32,000 bases of DNA from Corynebacterium glutamicum ATCC 13032 (GTDB lineage Bacteria > Actinomycetota > Actinomycetes > Mycobacteriales > Mycobacteriaceae), in NCBI RefSeq assembly GCF_000011325.1, contig NC_003450.3:2760001-2792000 (forward strand), read 5' to 3'. Of the stretch, positions 1 to 8,069 are shown one piece after another. The notes below the pieces were generated by a model. The model ran no database searches. It saw only the letters and a list, made by a program, of their open reading frames with translations, and was not told the origin of the DNA. Every line of letters starts with the position of its first letter. Positions within the stretch are counted from its first letter, which is position 1. Both the position numbers and the translations under genes were made by a program.

Positions 1-1650
1 CATTTCAGGGGCAGAAATCTTCTGCTCGATGAGGGCGTCGGCAACATCAATGAAGTCGGTGAAGGTGTTTTTCTTCGTGGTGGTTTTGCCGTTGTCGTAC
101 CAGCCACGACCCATTTCGCCACCGCCACGAACGTGGGCAATCGCAAAAATCATGCCACGATCCATCAGTGACAAACGCGCGATAGAGAAGCCTGGATCAA
201 TGGATGATTCGTAGGAACCATAGCCGTAGAGCAACGTGGGGTTGGGCTTGGATACATCCAGGTCGGTGCGGTGCACCAAGGACACTGGAATCTGCGCGCC
301 ATCTTTCGCAGTGACCCACAATCGGGAGGCCACATAGTCTGACGGCTTGTATCCGCCGAGCACTTCCTGCTGCTTCAGCAGCGTGCGTTCGCCGGATTCA
401 ATCCAGTAGTTAAACAGCTGCGCCGGGGTGGTGAATGATCCGTAAGAAAGGCGAATGACGGGGGCGTCCCATTCTGGGTTTCCGCCCGATGCGACGGTGT
501 AGATTTCCTCGTCAAATTCCAGCTGTTGGAAATCGCCGAAGGTTCCGTCGATAAGCTTCATGATCGCGACCTGGCCGATCGCGCCGGACCTGTAGCCCAG
601 GATGATGAAATCGCGGTAGGTATCGACACCCTCAATGCGCACGTCATCCTTGTGCGCGACGAGTGGCGCCAGCGCGTCCAAAGAATTGAGCTTGTCGACG
701 CCAGCCCACCCCACCGAAAAGTTCGGGCCCTCGGCGTTGTGTGTGACCAACCAAATATCGGAGCCGTCTACGACTGCATGATCGACGTCGTATTCCACAC
801 CCTCCGCGCGCGGAATCAGCACCTCAGGGGTGCCCTCTGGCTGGTCGAAAGGAAGCACGCGGACTTCAGAGGTGATCTTGGAGGCGCAACCAAAAAGGAT
901 GAACTTTTCTGAACGAGTGGTGCCCACCCAGGTGGAATAACGTTCATCAGGCTCGTGGTACACCAACACGTCTTCTTCAACCGGGGTACCCACCTTGTGG
1001 CGCCACACAGTATCTGGACGCCACGCATCATCAACGCGCTGGTAAAAGAGGTACTCCTCCCCCACCCAAGTAGCACCGTAGAAAATGCCAGTCAGGGTAT
1101 CAGGAAGCAGCTCGCCAGTTTCTAGATCCTTGATGCGCAACGTAAAGCGCTCTTCGCCCGTGACATCGGTGGAATACGCAAGGTAGCGGCCAGAGGTGGT
1201 GACAGATGATGCACCCATGGAGAAGAATTCGTGGCCTTCTGCCAACTCGTTGGCATCCATGATGATGGTTTCACCCTGCGCTGGCTCACCCTCAGGGATA
1301 ACAGGAGGGGTCCATGCATCCGACCCTTCAGTCACTGGAATGCGGCAGGAATAGCCGTAGCTCTTGCCTTCTTCAGTGCGAGAGTAATACCAGTGCTTTC
1401 CGGCACGCACTGGGATGGACATGTCGGTTTCTTTAACGCGTGACTTAATCTCTTCATAGATGTTGTCCCGCAGTGTGGCTAGCTGTTCAGTCTCCTGCTT
1501 GGTGAACGCATTCTCCGCCTCCAGGTAGTCCAAGGTTTCTTGGGATTCTTTATCCCTCAGCCATTCATAGTTGTCTACGAAATCAATACCGTGGTGGGTT
1601 CGGGTGATGGGATGGATTGGTGCTTGCGGAGCGTTTAGGCGTTCAGACAT
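1..1650 (-). CDS. ptrB: Oligopeptidase B / S9A prolyl oligopeptidase family, N-terminal 550 codons (3' end lies outside the window)
   Basis: Absent from the ORF track because there is no in-window stop. The reverse strand is an unbroken 550-codon frame from ATG (complement of 1648-1650) to position 1. My translation begins MSERLNAPQAPIHPITRTHHGIDFVDNYEWLRDKESQETLDYLEAENAFT and ends ...LLYGYGSYESSIDPGFSIARLSLMDRGMIFAIAHVRGGGEMGRGWYDNGK. This fits a beta-propeller followed by the start of the alpha/beta hydrolase domain. The catalytic Ser would lie beyond the edge. Confidence 0.85.
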   Translation of the reverse strand, partial: MSERLNAPQAPIHPITRTHHGIDFVDNYEWLRDKESQETLDYLEAENAFTKQETEQLATLRDNIYEEIKSRVKETDMSIPVRAGKHWYYSRTEEGKSYGYSCRIPVTEGSDAWTPPVIPEGEPAQGETIIMDANELAEGHEFFSMGASSVTTSGRYLAYSTDVTGEERFTLRIKDLETGELLPDTLTGIFYGATWVGEEYLFYQRVDDAWRPDTVWRHKVGTPVEEDVLVYHEPDERYSTWVGTTRSEKFILFGCASKITSEVRVLPFDQPEGTPEVLIPRAEGVEYDVDHAVVDGSDIWLVTHNAEGPNFSVGWAGVDKLNSLDALAPLVAHKDDVRIEGVDTYRDFIILGYRSGAIGQVAIMKLIDGTFGDFQQLEFDEEIYTVASGGNPEWDAPVIRLSYGSFTTPAQLFNYWIESGERTLLKQQEVLGGYKPSDYVASRLWVTAKDGAQIPVSLVHRTDLDVSKPNPTLLYGYGSYESSIDPGFSIARLSLMDRGMIFAIAHVRGGGEMGRGWYDNGKTTTKKNTFTDFIDVADALIEQKISAPEM

Positions 1651-1732
1651 AGCCCCCGATCTTAGTCACGCACATCTTCTGCACGCTCGTGTGTTCGCCA
1701 TTGGCGACATTCTGATTTGCACCCCGAAACTG

Positions 1733-1765
1733 AAAAACCCGGATTCATTTAAGAATCCGGGGTTT
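1733..1765 (-). terminator. Rho-independent terminator downstream of purC
   Basis: 9-bp GC-rich stem CCCGGATTC (1738-1746) / GAATCCGGG (1753-1761) with a 6-nt loop. On the minus strand it is followed by TTTTTC. It lies 18 nt after the purC stop. Confidence 0.75.
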
Positions 1766-1782
1766 AGGGAAAATCAAGCAGC

Positions 1783-2676
1783 TTAGACGCAAGAACCAAT
1801 CCACTGGCAGAACTTCTGACCAGAAATCAGCTCGTAGGCCTCGATGTAGCGCTCGCGGGTTGCCTCAACAACGGAACCTGGCAGAGCTGGTGGCTCCAAG
1901 CCGGAATCCTTGTCCCAGCCAGATTTAGGGCCGGTGAGCCAGTTGCGCACGAATTGCTTATCAAAGCTTGGTTGCACAGATCCTGCTTCATAGCCTTCCA
2001 AAGGCCAGTAGCGGGAGGAATCTGGGGTAAGGACTTCATCACCAAGCACGAGGGTGCCATCTTCATCGATGCCGAACTCAAATTTGGTGTCGGCAAGGAT
2101 GACGCCACGGTCACGGGCGATCTCAGCAGCAGCCTTGTAAATAGCAATAGAGGCATCGCGCAACTGGTTCGCACGAGCTTCGCCGAGACGTTCTTCAACA
2201 ACGTCAAAGGAGACATTGATGTCGTGGTCGCCGATGTCAGCCTTGGTGGCTGGGGTAAAGATTGGCTCAGGCAGCTGAGAAGATTCAACGAGGCCTTCTG
2301 GGAGCTCAACTCCACACACGGAGCTGGTCTGCTTGTATTCAACAAGTCCAGAGCCAGTGAGGTATCCACGAACCACGCATTCAAAAGGAAGCATGTTGAG
2401 CTTCTTGCACACCATTGCTCGTCCCAAAACTTCTTCTGGGATACGTGGATCATCAGCGGGACCTGCAAGGTGATTAGGAAAATCGATGGTGTCGAAGAAG
2501 AACTGGCTCATCGCAGTGAGCACTCGACCCTTGTCTGGAATTTCGGTATCGAGGATGAAATCGTATGCAGAGATACGATCGGAAGCCACCATGAGGATGT
2601 GCTTGTCGTCGATCTCGTAGATCTCACGGACCTTGCCTGCCGACAGGTGCTTGTACTGGGAGAGTTCAGGACGCAT
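1783..2676 (-). CDS. purC: Phosphoribosylaminoimidazole-succinocarboxamide (SAICAR) synthase
   Basis: Same frame as ORF-track 1783..2775. From the internal ATG (complement 2674-2676) the product is 297 aa, [42 protein letters not shown]..., a typical full-length PurC. The 33 upstream codons ([17 protein letters not shown]...) translate a 12-bp DNA tandem repeat and are unlikely to be coding. Confidence 0.9.
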   Translation of the reverse strand: MRPELSQYKHLSAGKVREIYEIDDKHILMVASDRISAYDFILDTEIPDKGRVLTAMSQFFFDTIDFPNHLAGPADDPRIPEEVLGRAMVCKKLNMLPFECVVRGYLTGSGLVEYKQTSSVCGVELPEGLVESSQLPEPIFTPATKADIGDHDINVSFDVVEERLGEARANQLRDASIAIYKAAAEIARDRGVILADTKFEFGIDEDGTLVLGDEVLTPDSSRYWPLEGYEAGSVQPSFDKQFVRNWLTGPKSGWDKDSGLEPPALPGSVVEATRERYIEAYELISGQKFCQWIGSCV

Positions 2677-2701
2677 GTTAGGCAAGTCTAGACCCCTCGG
2701 G

Positions 2702-2714
2702 TGTGTTCGGAAAA
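2702..2714 (-). promoter_or_regulatory. PurBox-like motif TTTTCCGAACACA, 25 nt upstream of the purC ATG
   Basis: The minus strand reads A-TTTT-CCGAAC-ACA, with a TAAAAT -10-like hexamer immediately upstream. The same TTTCCGAAC core recurs upstream of purD (7474-7486). It resembles the Firmicute PurR PurBox AWWWCCGAACWWT. Confidence 0.3.
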
Positions 2715-2722
2715 TTTTAGCA

Positions 2723-2758
2723 TTCACCGCTGGTTTCACTGCCGGTTTCACCGCTGGC
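2723..2758. repeat. Three tandem copies of the 12-mer TTCACYGCYGGY
   Basis: The copies are TTCACCGCTGGT (2723-2734), TTCACTGCCGGT (2735-2746) and TTCACCGCTGGC (2747-2758). They lie 47-82 nt upstream of the purC ATG. Confidence 0.8.
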
Positions 2759-2885
2759 TTCCTGACATGGATCACCCATTCGCCCGAATTTTTTGTTTAC
2801 CTAAAAGACATTTTTAAGCTGGCAGTTTATTCGAACAAAGATTAAGAGAACCTTGGAGCCGTACAGCTAATAAGCAGATATTGAA

Positions 2886-2926
2886 ATACAAAAAAGACGG
2901 ACACTCGCTCATGGTGAGTGTCCGTC
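2886..2926 (-). terminator. Strong rho-independent terminator of the 38-codon gene
   Basis: Perfect 11-bp stem GACGGACACTC (2896-2906) / GAGTGTCCGTC (2916-2926) with a 9-nt loop. On the minus strand it is followed by TTTTTTGTATTT. Two further small stem-loops sit between the stop codon and this hairpin. Confidence 0.85.
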
Positions 2927-2993
2927 TCAAGCTCCTGGTTAGCGTAAAGCTAACCGGACCTAGTTACTAGCGATCTCGAAGGATCGCGACCGA

Positions 2994-3110
2994 CTAGGAA
3001 GAAGCGGTAACGATGGAGTCGAAGACGCCCTGTGCGCCAGCGAAGATGGAGCCAACGAGGCCGTGAACGCCGTCGAAGATGGACTGGATGATATCGAATA
3101 CAGAGGTCAT
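2994..3110 (-). CDS. 38-aa acidic Gly/Ser-rich peptide without signal sequence (PorA/PorH-like small cell-envelope peptide candidate)
   Basis: An internal ATG of ORF-track 2994..3230 (complement 3108-3110) is preceded by AGAAAGAGAG (SD-like) 7 nt upstream. The product is MTSVFDIIQSIFDGVHGLVGSIFAGAQGVFDSIVTASS. The gene has its own strong terminator and a very AT-rich upstream region. The 11-residue internal periodicity (SIFDGVHGLVG / SIFAGAQGVFD / SIVTASS) argues against a random ORF. Confidence 0.65.
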   Translation of the reverse strand: MTSVFDIIQSIFDGVHGLVGSIFAGAQGVFDSIVTASS

Positions 3111-3427
3111 TGTGATCTCTCTTTCTGTTGTTCGCCAGACTCTTGCTGTCTGACTGGGATGACTCAAGTGTGGCTCATAACGCCCCTTGCCCGCAACCCC
3201 ATCGTCAAAAACTGGGCCATTTTTGAACACCGTTTAATAAGTGTCATTTAGATACCTTTAAGGGCAATGTAATTTTATTCATCGTAAAAAAATTATTAAA
3301 TTTTTTTCCAAAATGGCCAATTTTTGAAGTTTTCAGGCCCACCAATGTTGTTTTTAAGACACCTAAAAGACACCTTTCGGAACCTTCACTGGACCCGTAA
3401 TTCGAGCTACACAGTTGCTTTGGGTAC

Positions 3428-3455
3428 AAAAAATGGGGCTCGAGGCCCCATTTTC
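3428..3455 (-). terminator. Rho-independent terminator downstream of purB
   Basis: Stem ATGGGGC (3433-3439) / GCCCCAT (3445-3451) with a 5-nt loop, flanked by A and T runs. The minus strand reads hairpin then TTTTTTG. Confidence 0.8.
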
Positions 3456-3501
3456 TCACTGCGATCCAGCGGTAAACCCGCGTGAACGCCGTTAAAAACC
3501 T

Positions 3502-4932
3502 TTAAAGAATCTCACCTGGTCGGTAGTCTGCGGCGCCGGGGTGGGCGTCGACAAGCACCTGAATGCGGTCGAGCACACGGGAGACCTGGGACTCAGCGGC
3601 ACCGATGAAGGCGTGGCGGTCAGCCAGCGCTGCCTCAAGGTCAGCTTCGCTCATTGGGAGGCGCTCATCAGCAGCGAGGCGCTGGATAAGGTCCTGGTCA
3701 CCGCCATTTTCGCGCATGTTGAGGGCAACCGCGACAGCGTTTTCCTTGATTACTTCGTGTGCGGTTTCGCGGCCAACGCCTGCGCGGACAGCGGCCATGA
3801 GGATACGGGTAGTTGCCAGGAATGGCAGGTAACGCTCAAGTTCGCGCTCGATCATGGCAGGGAATGCACCGAATTCATCCAGGACTGTCAGGAAAGTTTC
3901 AAACATTCCGTCAATCGCGAAGAATGCGTCTGGCAGTGCAACGCGGCGGATCACGGAGCAGAAGACATCGCCTTCGTTCCACTGCTGGCCGGAAAGATCA
4001 GCAACCATGGTGAGGTATCCGCGAAGAATAACCTGCAGGCCGCCCACGCGCTCACAGGAGCGAGCGTTCATCTTGTGAGGCATTGCAGAGGAACCGACCT
4101 GGCCTTCCTTAAAACCTTCGGTAACAGTTTCGGTGCCGGCCATGAGACGAATGGTGTGGGACAGCGATGATGGGCCGGAGCCAAGCTGAACCAGAGCAGA
4201 TACTGCATCGAAGTCAAGGGAACGTGGGTAGACCTGGCCGACGGAGTCGAAGACGCGATCAAAGCCGAGGTGTGCTGCGATGCGGGTTTCCAGATCGGAG
4301 AGACGAGCCTCGTCGCCTTCCATGAGGTCAAGCATGTCTTGGGCGGTTCCCATTGGGCCCTTGATTCCGCGAAGTGGGTAGCGGTTGAGCAGTTCGGTGA
4401 CGCGCTCAAGTGCCACGAGCATTTCATCAGCTGCGGTTGCGAAACGCTTGCCCAAGGTAGTTGCCTGCGCTGCCACGTTGTGGGAACGGCCAGCCATGAC
4501 CAGGCTTTGGTACTGCGCTGCGCGGGATCCGATAGCTGCAACAACTGCAATGCCCTTGTTGCGGACCAGCTCAAGGGAGCGGTGGATCTGCAGCTGTTCA
4601 ACATTTTCGGTGAGGTCGCGGGAGGTCATGCCCTTGTGGATGTGCTCATGGCCAGCCAGTGCATTGAATTCTTCGATGCGGGCCTTCACATCGTGGCGGG
4701 TGACGCGCTCACGATCGGCGATGCTTGCCAAATCAACCTGGTCGATCACTGCTTCATAGGATTCAATTGCCTCGGCAGGGATCTCAACTCCCAAATCTTT
4801 CTGGGCTTTCATCACGGCGATCCAGAGCTGGCGCTCCATGATGATCTTCTCTTCGGCACTCCACAGGTTAGAAAGTTCCGCGGAGGCGTAACGGTTCGAC
4901 AGGACGTTTGCGATCTTCTTTTTATCAGCCAC
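3502..4932 (-). CDS. purB: Adenylosuccinate lyase
   Basis: 476 aa with a GTG start (complement 4930-4932). It carries the fumarate-lyase family signature GSSAMPHKMN. The N-terminus MADKKKIANVLSNRYASAELSNLWS... is typical of PurB. Confidence 0.92.
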   Translation of the reverse strand: MADKKKIANVLSNRYASAELSNLWSAEEKIIMERQLWIAVMKAQKDLGVEIPAEAIESYEAVIDQVDLASIADRERVTRHDVKARIEEFNALAGHEHIHKGMTSRDLTENVEQLQIHRSLELVRNKGIAVVAAIGSRAAQYQSLVMAGRSHNVAAQATTLGKRFATAADEMLVALERVTELLNRYPLRGIKGPMGTAQDMLDLMEGDEARLSDLETRIAAHLGFDRVFDSVGQVYPRSLDFDAVSALVQLGSGPSSLSHTIRLMAGTETVTEGFKEGQVGSSAMPHKMNARSCERVGGLQVILRGYLTMVADLSGQQWNEGDVFCSVIRRVALPDAFFAIDGMFETFLTVLDEFGAFPAMIERELERYLPFLATTRILMAAVRAGVGRETAHEVIKENAVAVALNMRENGGDQDLIQRLAADERLPMSEADLEAALADRHAFIGAAESQVSRVLDRIQVLVDAHPGAADYRPGEIL

Positions 4933-4975
4933 GCAAATTATTATTCCCCACGAACCGAAACTAACCTAGTCGCTG

Positions 4976-6136
4976 CTATTTTTTGATGAATTCTCCGATT
5001 TTGCGCACACCTTCAATGGTGTCTTCCTTTGACGCGCACAGGCTCAAACGAATCCACTTGTGGCCTTCCTCAGGATCAAAATCAACACCCGGCGCGACGG
5101 CCACGCCCGCTTCATCGAGCAAACGCAATGCCCATTCCTCTGAATCATCGGTGTATGCAGAAACATCGACCCACAAATACAGGCCGCCATCCGGGTCGGC
5201 GAAAGTGCCAAGCCCGATTTCAGGGAGCTTATCGACGAACACCTCCCGGGCCTCGCGATACGCTTCAACGTGGGCATCAAGTTCGGCCCCAGCCTCCAAA
5301 GTGAAGGCTGCGCGTCCCGCAGCCTGCCCGATGGCAGGAGCACACAAGGAAAGAGAAGCCTGCAGGTTTTCAATCGGTGTGACCAGCTCATCTGGAACGA
5401 TGATCCAACCCACGCGCCAACCCGTCATGGAGAAGTACTTGGACAAGGTACCCACCACGATGGCGTTCTTGGAAAACTGATGCGCAGTTGCCAGCGGACG
5501 ACCAAAGCTCATGCCGTGGTAGTCCTCATCAGAGATAAGAACAGCATCATTGTCATCGCACCACTTGGCGATGCGCTCTAGCTCTTCCGGATCAATGATG
5601 GTGCCCGTTGGGTTTCCTGGGCTGGTGACAATAACAGCCTTCGGCTTGTGTGGCAGTTCCTCCAACATTTGAGCGGTTGGCTGGAAACGAGTCTCTGCAG
5701 TACAGCGCAGGTTCAGAACCTTCGCCCCCAAAGATTCCAGAATATTGCGATATGCCGGGTACCCCGGGGTAGGCATTGCCACATAATCCCCGTGATCCAA
5801 GGTGGCGATAAACGATGCCACGAATCCACCTGAAGAACCGGTGGTGACAATAACATTGTCAGGGTTGGTGTCTACGTCATAAGTAGCAGAGTGCCAATCG
5901 GCGATGCGTTCACGGAACTCACGATCACCAATCACCTCGGTGTATCCCAAAGGACCCGAGCGAAGAGCGATCTCTGCTTCTTCGATGACTGCTTCTGGCG
6001 CACCAGTTGACGGCTGGCCAGCGCAGAACATTAAGGTGTCTTTGCCTTCGCGCCTGCGACGGTGGACTCGGTCCAACATCTGCATGACGCGAAACGGCTG
6101 AACATTGCTTCTAGTGCTTGGCTTCATAAGAGACAA
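4976..6136 (-). CDS. avtA: Class I/II PLP-dependent aminotransferase (probable valine-pyruvate transaminase)
   Basis: 386 aa with the PLP-lysine motif SKYFSMTGWRVG. The aspartate/alanine aminotransferase fold is clear. The symbol rests on my recollection that the aminotransferase between purB and purD in C. glutamicum is AvtA, which I cannot verify here. Confidence 0.8.
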   Translation of the reverse strand: MSLMKPSTRSNVQPFRVMQMLDRVHRRRREGKDTLMFCAGQPSTGAPEAVIEEAEIALRSGPLGYTEVIGDREFRERIADWHSATYDVDTNPDNVIVTTGSSGGFVASFIATLDHGDYVAMPTPGYPAYRNILESLGAKVLNLRCTAETRFQPTAQMLEELPHKPKAVIVTSPGNPTGTIIDPEELERIAKWCDDNDAVLISDEDYHGMSFGRPLATAHQFSKNAIVVGTLSKYFSMTGWRVGWIIVPDELVTPIENLQASLSLCAPAIGQAAGRAAFTLEAGAELDAHVEAYREAREVFVDKLPEIGLGTFADPDGGLYLWVDVSAYTDDSEEWALRLLDEAGVAVAPGVDFDPEEGHKWIRLSLCASKEDTIEGVRKIGEFIKK

Positions 6137-6155
6137 GCCTATCTGCGTACTGCTT

Positions 6156-7421
6156 TTAGATCGAGATACGACCCTCTAATGCAGCCAATGCGATATCGCT
6201 GCGGTAGTGGCTTCCCTCAAGTTCAATGTCCTTGATGGTGGTGTACGCGTTATCGCGTGCAGCCTCCAGGGTCTCACCCACACCGATCACGTTAAGAACA
6301 CGACCGCCCGCAGAGACCAGCTCGCCTTCAGCATTGAGTGCGGTACCAGCGTGAAGAACGTTATCTGCATCAGCGTTGCGGATGACATCACCAGTACGAG
6401 GTGCCTCTGGGTAGTTGTAAGAAGCCAACACCACAGTCAGGGCGTAAGCATCCTCCCACTCCAGTGCTGGCTGCTCTGCCAAGGTTCCAGTAGCAACTGC
6501 GTTGAGCAGTACTGCTAGAGGAGTCTTCAGTAGTGCCAGTACAGCCTGGGTTTCTGGATCGCCGAAGCGGCAGTTGAACTCCACTACTGCAGGGCCTTCT
6601 GCACCCCATGCGATACCTGCGTAAAGCAGACCGGAGTACGCGCAACCACGTGCCACCATCTCACGAGCAACAGGAACGCAGACCTCATCGACAATGCGCT
6701 GGACGCCATCTTCAGGCAGCCAAGGAAGCGGCGCATAAGCACCCATGCCACCAGTGTTTGGGCCCTCATCGTTGTCGTACGCACGCTTGTGATCCTGCGC
6801 TGGCAGCAGAGGAACTACCGTCTCGCCATCAACCAGGCAGAACAGGGAAACCTCAGGGCCATCAAGGAAGGACTCCAGCAAAACTGGATTTCCGCCCTCA
6901 AGCACTGCATCTACGTGAGCACGTGCTGCTGCACGATCGGGGGTAACCACAACACCCTTGCCCGCAGCCAAACCATCATCCTTCACAACCCAGGTTGGGC
7001 CGAAACGATCGATGGCAGCATCAATATCTTCAGAAGACGCACCAGGAGTAATAGCCTCAGCATGAGCAGTACGAACACCCTGCGCAGCCATGACATCCTT
7101 AGCGAAAGCCTTGGAGCCCTCGATACGAGCAGCGTCCTTGTTAGGACCAAACACAGCGATACCCGCCGCGCGAAGTGCATCAGCAACACCCGCAACCAAA
7201 GGGATCTCTGGGCCGATAACAACCAGATCAGAGTTCAGTTCTTTAGCCAACGCAGTGACAGCCTCTGGATCATCAGCCTTGATGCCAGGGTGGACAGTTG
7301 CGATCGATCCAAGACCAGCGTTACCTGGGGCAACGTGGAGTTCAGTGGTTGCAGGGTCAGTTGACAGTCCACGGAGGAGGGCGTGCTCACGGGCGCCCGA
7401 GCCGATTACCAGAATGCGCAT
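6156..7421 (-). CDS. purD: Phosphoribosylamine-glycine ligase (GAR synthetase)
   Basis: 421 aa. The N-terminus [15 protein letters not shown] and the ATP-grasp core are typical of PurD. Confidence 0.92.
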
Positions 7422-7473
7422 GGTTGCACAGTTTATCCTGCAAAACTTGATCCAAGCTATTCCAGTATTCTTG

Positions 7474-7486
7474 GCGGTTCGGAAAT
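7474..7486 (-). promoter_or_regulatory. PurBox-like motif ATTTCCGAACCGC, 52 nt upstream of the purD ATG
   Basis: The minus strand reads ATTT-CCGAAC-CGC, which matches the AWWWCCGAAC part of the PurBox consensus. The TTTCCGAAC core is shared with the purC upstream site. Confidence 0.3.
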
Positions 7487-7580
7487 GGTTGAAAGTGGCG
7501 TCGAAAAGCGCCTTAAAATGACCGGCTCACCTGCATTATTTTATGCAACCTCAATTTGGTTGCACGCCAAGTAGTAGTCT

Positions 7581-7997
7581 GTGCATATGGCTTCTGTATT
7601 CACGAAAATTATTAATGGCGAGCTCCCCGGCCGATTTGTGTATCGTTCCGAGAATGTCGTGGCTTTTCTATCCATCGAACCCCTCACCTACGGCCACACC
7701 CTAGTCGTACCCGTTGCAGAAGTTGACCGCTGGACCGACCTTCCTCAGAACATCTGGAGCGAAGTAAACGAGGCCTCCCAGCTCATCGGAAATGCAATCC
7801 GCACAGCATTCGACGCCCCTCGATGTGGTTACATCATCGCAGGATTCGATGTTCCCCACACTCACATCCACCTCTTCCCCACCGACAAAATGGCCGATTA
7901 CGATTTCCGCAACGCCATGGCCGCAGACGCCACCGACCCTGCAAAAATGGATGAAGCTGCAGAGAAGATCCGCGAAGCGCTGGACGGTCTGGTCTAG
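7581..7997 (+). CDS. HIT (histidine triad) family nucleotide hydrolase
   Basis: 138 aa from GTG 7581, or 136 aa from ATG 7587. The histidine triad HTHIHLF is present. The N-terminus FTKIINGELPGRFVY is typical of HinT-like proteins. Confidence 0.88.
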   Translation: MHMASVFTKIINGELPGRFVYRSENVVAFLSIEPLTYGHTLVVPVAEVDRWTDLPQNIWSEVNEASQLIGNAIRTAFDAPRCGYIIAGFDVPHTHIHLFPTDKMADYDFRNAMAADATDPAKMDEAAEKIREALDGLV

Positions 7998-8025
7998 TTC
8001 TTGTAGTTCTAATTGCTTTATTAAG

Positions 8026-8065
8026 AAAAGCCCACCCCTTTGCTTGGCTTTGGGGTGGGTTTTTG
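8026..8065 (+). terminator. Rho-independent terminator downstream of the HIT gene
   Basis: AAAAGCCCACCCC (8026-8038) pairs with GGGGTGGGTTTTT (8052-8064). The stem GCCCACCCC / GGGGTGGGT is followed by TTTTT. Confidence 0.75.
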
Positions 8066-8069
8066 CGAT

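Noticed and set aside
1954-2691. 245-aa plus-strand ORF antisense to purC. Similar long antisense ORFs occur at 3541..4170 and 4270..4986 (opposite purB), 6789..7364 (opposite purD), 16788..17258 (opposite pqo) and 22386..23171 (opposite the GH16-like gene).
   Set aside because: These are shadow ORFs of the kind expected opposite real genes in high-GC DNA. Their translations are low-complexity (Arg/Ser/Ala/Gly-rich) with no recognisable motifs, whereas the opposite strand encodes clearly recognisable enzymes.
2677-2775. N-terminal extension of purC containing a [11 protein letters not shown] repeat.
   Set aside because: It is the translation of the 12-bp DNA tandem repeat in the promoter region. 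Homology to PurC begins at the internal Met ([11 protein letters not shown]...), and no SD precedes the upstream start.
3244-3459. 71-aa minus-strand ORF in the AT-rich region upstream of the small peptide gene.
   Set aside because: It spans the purB terminator hairpin and a 28% GC promoter-like tract. Its Lys/Phe/Leu-rich translation is the kind produced by AT-rich non-coding DNA.
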